Below, piece by piece: positions 62,181-64,000 of a stretch of 64,000 nt of DNA; the first letter of the stretch is position 1, and each line of letters starts with the position of its first letter. Both the position numbers and the translations under genes were made by a program. This DNA comes from Octopus vulgaris (Eukaryota), in contig OX597819.1 in NCBI GenBank assembly GCA_951406725.2, forward strand, positions 134,602,001 through 134,666,000, written 5' to 3'. Under the pieces are notes generated by a model. That model made no database searches and was not told the origin of the DNA. It saw nothing but the letters and a program-made list of their open reading frames with translations.

Positions 62181-62194
62181 GTTTCCATGGCAAC
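62181..62194. promoter_or_regulatory. RFX X-box motif GTTTCCATGGCAAC
   Basis: Matches the GTTNCCATGGNAAC consensus; lies 280 bp into the putative first intron. Confidence 0.45.
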
Positions 62195-62734
62195 AGCAGT
62201 CACTAATAATTATCATCTCGCACTTTTATCATTTCCATCTCACTAAAAATAACATTTATTTATGGTTTAAACATCGATGTTGTGAAGAAAACTTCTGTTT
62301 TACCTTTTCTCGTTCAAAATAATTCTGTTTACAGAATTTTAGATATTTCGGGAATTCTGACCAACTATTAGTATAGTTTTGTTATTTTTACCATGTAATA
62401 TTATAATAGAAAGGGTTTTACGATGCTGTTAAATCACGTATCTTCTCATCTATATTATATTACTTTGAATGCATCGTTATCACCATCAACTTTTCGTTTA
62501 ATAAAGGTGTATATGTTTGAAAATCTTTGTAACTTGAAATCACAAGGAAAGATATATTCATTCACCTGTAAACATTAACGATTACAACACGAACATCAAA
62601 TTGTCTTTCAGGTGTTGCCTTTTACATACACACATAATACATACATGCATACATACATACACACATACACTTTATACAAGAAACTTGTATGAATACCTGT
62701 TTTGAGTTCTACTTTTCCTGTTTGCATCAGACGT

Positions 62735-63030
62735 GTGTTTGTGTACGATGGGCCTCACAGAGGCAATGGTAAGAGACCGGGACCTCTGGAGATCTGCTGT
62801 AATTGAAAAGACCCGGCAAGTAAAGTGAGATCACAGTGTAGCCTGTACCAATGCCACATAAGCAGCCCATTTAAAAAGTATCTTTGAATCTTCAGGCGAC
62901 ACACTGTGCTTAAGGAGACCTATTGAGTCAAGTAAATTAAAAAATCACAAACAAATCGAAAAAAAGCGCCCACTACATTCTCAGAGTGGATGGCGTTAGG
63001 AAGGGCATTTAGTATGAGAAATGATGATGA

Positions 63031-63031
<1 letters not shown>
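62735..63031 (+). mobile_element. RTE LINE short 3' fragment
   Basis: GLTEAMVRDRDLWR, UTR, ggcgttaggaagggcat, atgatg. Confidence 0.8.
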
Positions 63032-63063
<32 letters not shown>

Positions 63064-63079
63064 CATCATCATATATATA

Positions 63080-64000
63080 TGTTAAGTTAGTTAAGTTAAT
63101 TTTTTGGCTCAAAAAGCAAGGCCATGTAGGGGGACATGGAGTTATGTACAGGGAGGGTGTTCCTGCAAAGAGTTCAGGCCATTTCTGGTCAAGAGGGACT
63201 TTGAACTGAGCGGTCGTCGGCATCTTCACTATCTCGTCCGGCAGCTTATTCCACGGATCCGCAACCCGGACGGAGAAAGCCCCTCTCCTTCGATTGGGAT
63301 GAAATCGTCGCAGGTAGAGCTTTTTGGAGTGACCCCGCAGCCGACGCTCTGGAGCAGCAGTGAAGAACAGCTCTTTCAAGAAGTTACACTTTCCGCTTAT
63401 GATGTTGTGAGCAAGAATGTGATCACCATGGCATCATCGTTTTTCTAGAGAATAAAGGTCGAGCGTCTTCAGCCTTTCTTCATAAGACAAATGCTTGAGA
63501 CCAAGAACCATGCGGGTAGCCAGCTTCTGGACTCTTTCGAGATGATGTATGTCTTTGAGGAGATAAGGAGAAGAGGCTTGAATCCCGTACTCCAATATGG
63601 GTCTCACCAGCGTGACATAGAGCGGTAGGAATATGGCTGCTGTGAGCATTCCGAATGACCGTCGAATCAAAAACAGAACTCCGCGTGCGTTGTTGGCAGC
63701 ATGGACGCATTGGGCCGAAGGCGAAAAGGAAGAATCCACCAAGATACCCAGGTCCTTTACCTGGTTGGTTTTCTCCAGCAGCACACGACCCGGCTCGAAA
63801 TCAAGTTGAGTTGCAGGAGAGGAGCCAACAGGCAGATGACAGCACTTTGACACGTTCAGACACAGGTCCCATTCGTTTGACCATCTCCAAACTTGGTGGA
63901 GGCATCGATGAAGATCATCTATATCACTGCGAGGAGCGACCAGTTTGACATCGTCGGCAAATAGTAGGGTGTGTTGTGTGAGGTCGTCGGGCAAGTCATT
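63080..64000 (-). mobile_element. CR1-type LINE 3' part (continues beyond the window)
   Basis: LLFADDVKL, KDLG, VRPILEY, LERVQ, AFSVRVADPWNKLP; (TAAC)-like tail. Confidence 0.93.

Overview
AT-rich, microsatellite-dense eukaryotic DNA with no prokaryotic features. The SINE and RTE families look like those of octopus genomes (inference from family recognition, not a database search). Most of the window is transposable-element debris: about 12 copies of an RTE-clade LINE, several CR1-type LINEs (one with an intact 918-aa APE+RT ORF2), several Penelope-like elements, R4/Dong-type fragments, a decayed Gypsy pol, a hAT (Buster/Charlie) element nested in a fold-back mariner, other mariner remnants, non-autonomous Helitrons and tRNA-derived SINEs. 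The ORF track misses two host-gene pieces: the last three coding exons of an ERICH2-like gene (4066-5333, +) and a probable signal-peptide first exon (61805-61898, +). Main points of interest: (i) a dispersed set of type I hammerhead-ribozyme folds with palindromic stem III, linked to Penelope-like ends and (TA)n-flanked short elements; (ii) a C4HC3 PHD-type finger inserted inside the RTE reverse transcriptase; (iii) a G_GGA_AAC slippery site joining ORF1 to an ATG-less ORF2 in the CR1 element; (iv) a variable-copy hairpin array in the RTE 3' UTR; (v) a Penelope endonuclease split by an in-frame CAG/CAA expansion. All coordinates were read by eye; boundaries of decayed elements are approximate.
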